From Gammaproteobacteria bacterium (GTDB taxonomy: Bacteria > Pseudomonadota > Gammaproteobacteria > Burkholderiales > SHXO01), in the NCBI GenBank assembly GCA_041488255.1, contig JBGPOV010000003.1, positions 13,247 through 77,246 on the forward strand: DNA of 64,000 nucleotides, read 5' to 3'. A program made the translations under genes and the position numbers. Positions 62,796 to 64,000 of the stretch are shown piece by piece. Each line of letters opens with the position of its first letter. Positions within the stretch are counted from its first letter, which is position 1. The notes under the pieces were generated by a model that was not told the DNA's origin, made no database searches, and saw only the letters and a list, made by a program, of their open reading frames with translations.

Positions 62796-63194
62796 ATGAA
62801 CTTGATCCAGACTATCGAGCAAGAAGAAATCGCCCGGCTGGGCAAGACCATCCCGGCCTTCGCGCCCGGCGACACCGTCGTGGTGAACCTAAACGTGGTC
62901 GAGGGCGACCGCAAGCGCGTGCAAGCTTACGAGGGCGTGGTGATCGCCAAGCGCAACCGCGGCCTGAACTCCTCGTTCATCGTGCGCAAGATTTCCTCGG
63001 GCGAGGGCGTAGAGCGCACCTTTCAGACGTACTCGCCGCTGATCGCCAGCATCGAGGTCAAGCGCCGTGGCGATGTGCGTCGTGCGAAGCTGTACTATCT
63101 GCGGCAGCGCTCGGGCAAATCTGCCCGCATCCGCGAGAAGCTACACAGCGCCGATAAGACCGGCCGCCAGGACTCGTCTGCCGGCGGCGATTAG
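62796..63194 (+). CDS. rplS: 50S ribosomal protein L19
   Basis: [46 protein letters not shown]. Confidence 0.95.
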   Translation: MNLIQTIEQEEIARLGKTIPAFAPGDTVVVNLNVVEGDRKRVQAYEGVVIAKRNRGLNSSFIVRKISSGEGVERTFQTYSPLIASIEVKRRGDVRRAKLYYLRQRSGKSARIREKLHSADKTGRQDSSAGGD

Positions 63195-63291
63195 TTTCCC
63201 GAGCACCAGCGGGGATCGGGGTCGACTCGTGTAACGTGTCGGGGCAGCCTCTCGCGGCTTCGGGGGAGCTGGTGACTGACGGGCGGGCGCG

Positions 63292-63765
63292 ATGCTGGAG
63301 GGCTACAGCGCAAGACTGAAGGGGCCGTTTGCGGTACTGGGCATCCGCACGCGCGGCGAACGCCTGACCGACATCGAATACCTGCCGTTGGAGGCCGCCA
63401 CACTCAGGCCGATCGACCGCTTCTCGCGCGAGGTCTGCCGTCAGCTCGCCGGCTACTTCAGGGACCCTGACTTCCGCTTGGATCTGCCCTTTGACTCGCA
63501 CGGCACGGCCTACCAGCAACGGGTATGGGAAGCGGTGCGGGCGATCCCGCGCGGCCGCTTTCTGAGCTACCTCGAAGTTGCGCGTCAGATCGGGTCCGCC
63601 CCTCGACCCGTAGGTGCGGCGTGCGGCGCCAACCGCATTCCGCTGCTGATCCCCTGCCATCGGGTGGTGGCAAGCAGCGGATTGGGCGGATTCATGCACA
63701 GCCGCGCCGGCCCGCCTCTGGAGATCAAGCGCTGGCTGCTGCGACACGAAGGTGCCATCGACTAG
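63292..63765 (+). CDS. ogt: Methylated-DNA--protein-cysteine S-methyltransferase
   Basis: ..TAYQQRVWEAV..IPRG.. and the active site IPCHRVV. Confidence 0.85.
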   Translation: MLEGYSARLKGPFAVLGIRTRGERLTDIEYLPLEAATLRPIDRFSREVCRQLAGYFRDPDFRLDLPFDSHGTAYQQRVWEAVRAIPRGRFLSYLEVARQIGSAPRPVGAACGANRIPLLIPCHRVVASSGLGGFMHSRAGPPLEIKRWLLRHEGAID

Positions 63766-64000
63766 CGCGCAGCGTACCGCGTTGGATCCCGCATCCGAAG
63801 CGCTGCTCGACGAGTTCAGCGATGCGGTGTGGCTGGAAGACGGGCTCGCCCGAAACACACTGGAGAGTTACCGGCGGGACCTGCGCCAGTTCGCGGGTTG
63901 GTTGCGTGAGGCGCGCTCGCGCGGTTTGCTCGAAGCGGGCCACGCCGACTTGCTCGGTTATCTTGCCGCCCGTTTTCGGGTCAAGGCGCGGGCCACCTCG
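63752..64000 (+). CDS. xerD: Site-specific tyrosine recombinase XerD, N-terminal 83 codons (runs off the right edge)
   Basis: ..LLDEFSDAVWLEDGLARNTLESYRRDLRQFAGWL.. matches the XerD N-terminal SAM-like domain. GTG 63752 overlaps the ogt end. Confidence 0.8.
   Translation, partial: MPSTSAQRTALDPASEALLDEFSDAVWLEDGLARNTLESYRRDLRQFAGWLREARSRGLLEAGHADLLGYLAARFRVKARATS

Noticed and set aside
63752-64000. xerD as a possible marker of a mobile element or integrase
   Set aside because: The N-terminal sequence matches housekeeping XerD, and it sits in core synteny after rplS and ogt. No att-like repeats or phage or transposon genes are nearby.

Overview
High-GC (about 65%) proteobacterial chromosome segment, with beta-proteobacterium-like synteny. 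It is almost entirely core genome and densely coded. All calls come from reading the translations and the DNA by eye; no searches were run.

Main blocks, left to right:
- 0-8 kb: enolase-superfamily enzyme, UspA, birA-coaX-SPOR, and an SbmA/BacA-type (YddA-like) ABC transporter.
- 8.6-15.3 kb: a type IV pilus minor-pilin operon (pilE-like, fimT, pilV, pilW, pilX, pilY1).
- 15.6-16.9 kb: an orphan cheR preceded by a decayed cheW.
- 16.9-23 kb: hldC, then the E. coli-like yraP/O/N/M (dolP-diaA-yraN-lpoA) and rsmI cluster, then pyrC.
- 23.1-42.9 kb: rnpB followed by a complete dcw cluster (mraZ rsmH ftsL ftsI murE murF mraY murD ftsW murG murC murB ddl ftsQ ftsA ftsZ) and lpxC.
- 43-51 kb: DUF721, M23 peptidase, secA, argJ, DUF815 ATPase, and a Nudix-ThiE-like fusion.
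- 50.7-56.5 kb: yacG-zapD-coaE-pilD-pilC-pilB.
- 56.6-64 kb: CorC-family transporter, ypjD, ffh, a hydrolase, rpsP-rimM-trmD-rplS, ogt, and the start of xerD.

No CRISPR array, transposase, prophage or obvious defence island was seen.

The most interesting signals are non-coding or degenerate:
1. A convincing GEMM-I (c-di-GMP-I) riboswitch aptamer in the leader of the minor-pilin/PilY1 operon.
2. The first pilin of that operon has an abnormally long Arg-rich prepeptide.
3. A frameshifted, truncated cheW runs in frame into cheR.
4. A long structured leader upstream of the SbmA/BacA-type ABC transporter has partial cobalamin-riboswitch-like blocks. This one is low confidence.
5. A 190-nt insert between murG and murC holds an SD-led 52-codon ORF and a 15-bp hairpin.
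6. An inverted-repeat-bounded tandem-repeat element sits between pilC and pilD.

Many long ORFs in the track are antisense shadows of real genes, as expected at this GC content, and were rejected.
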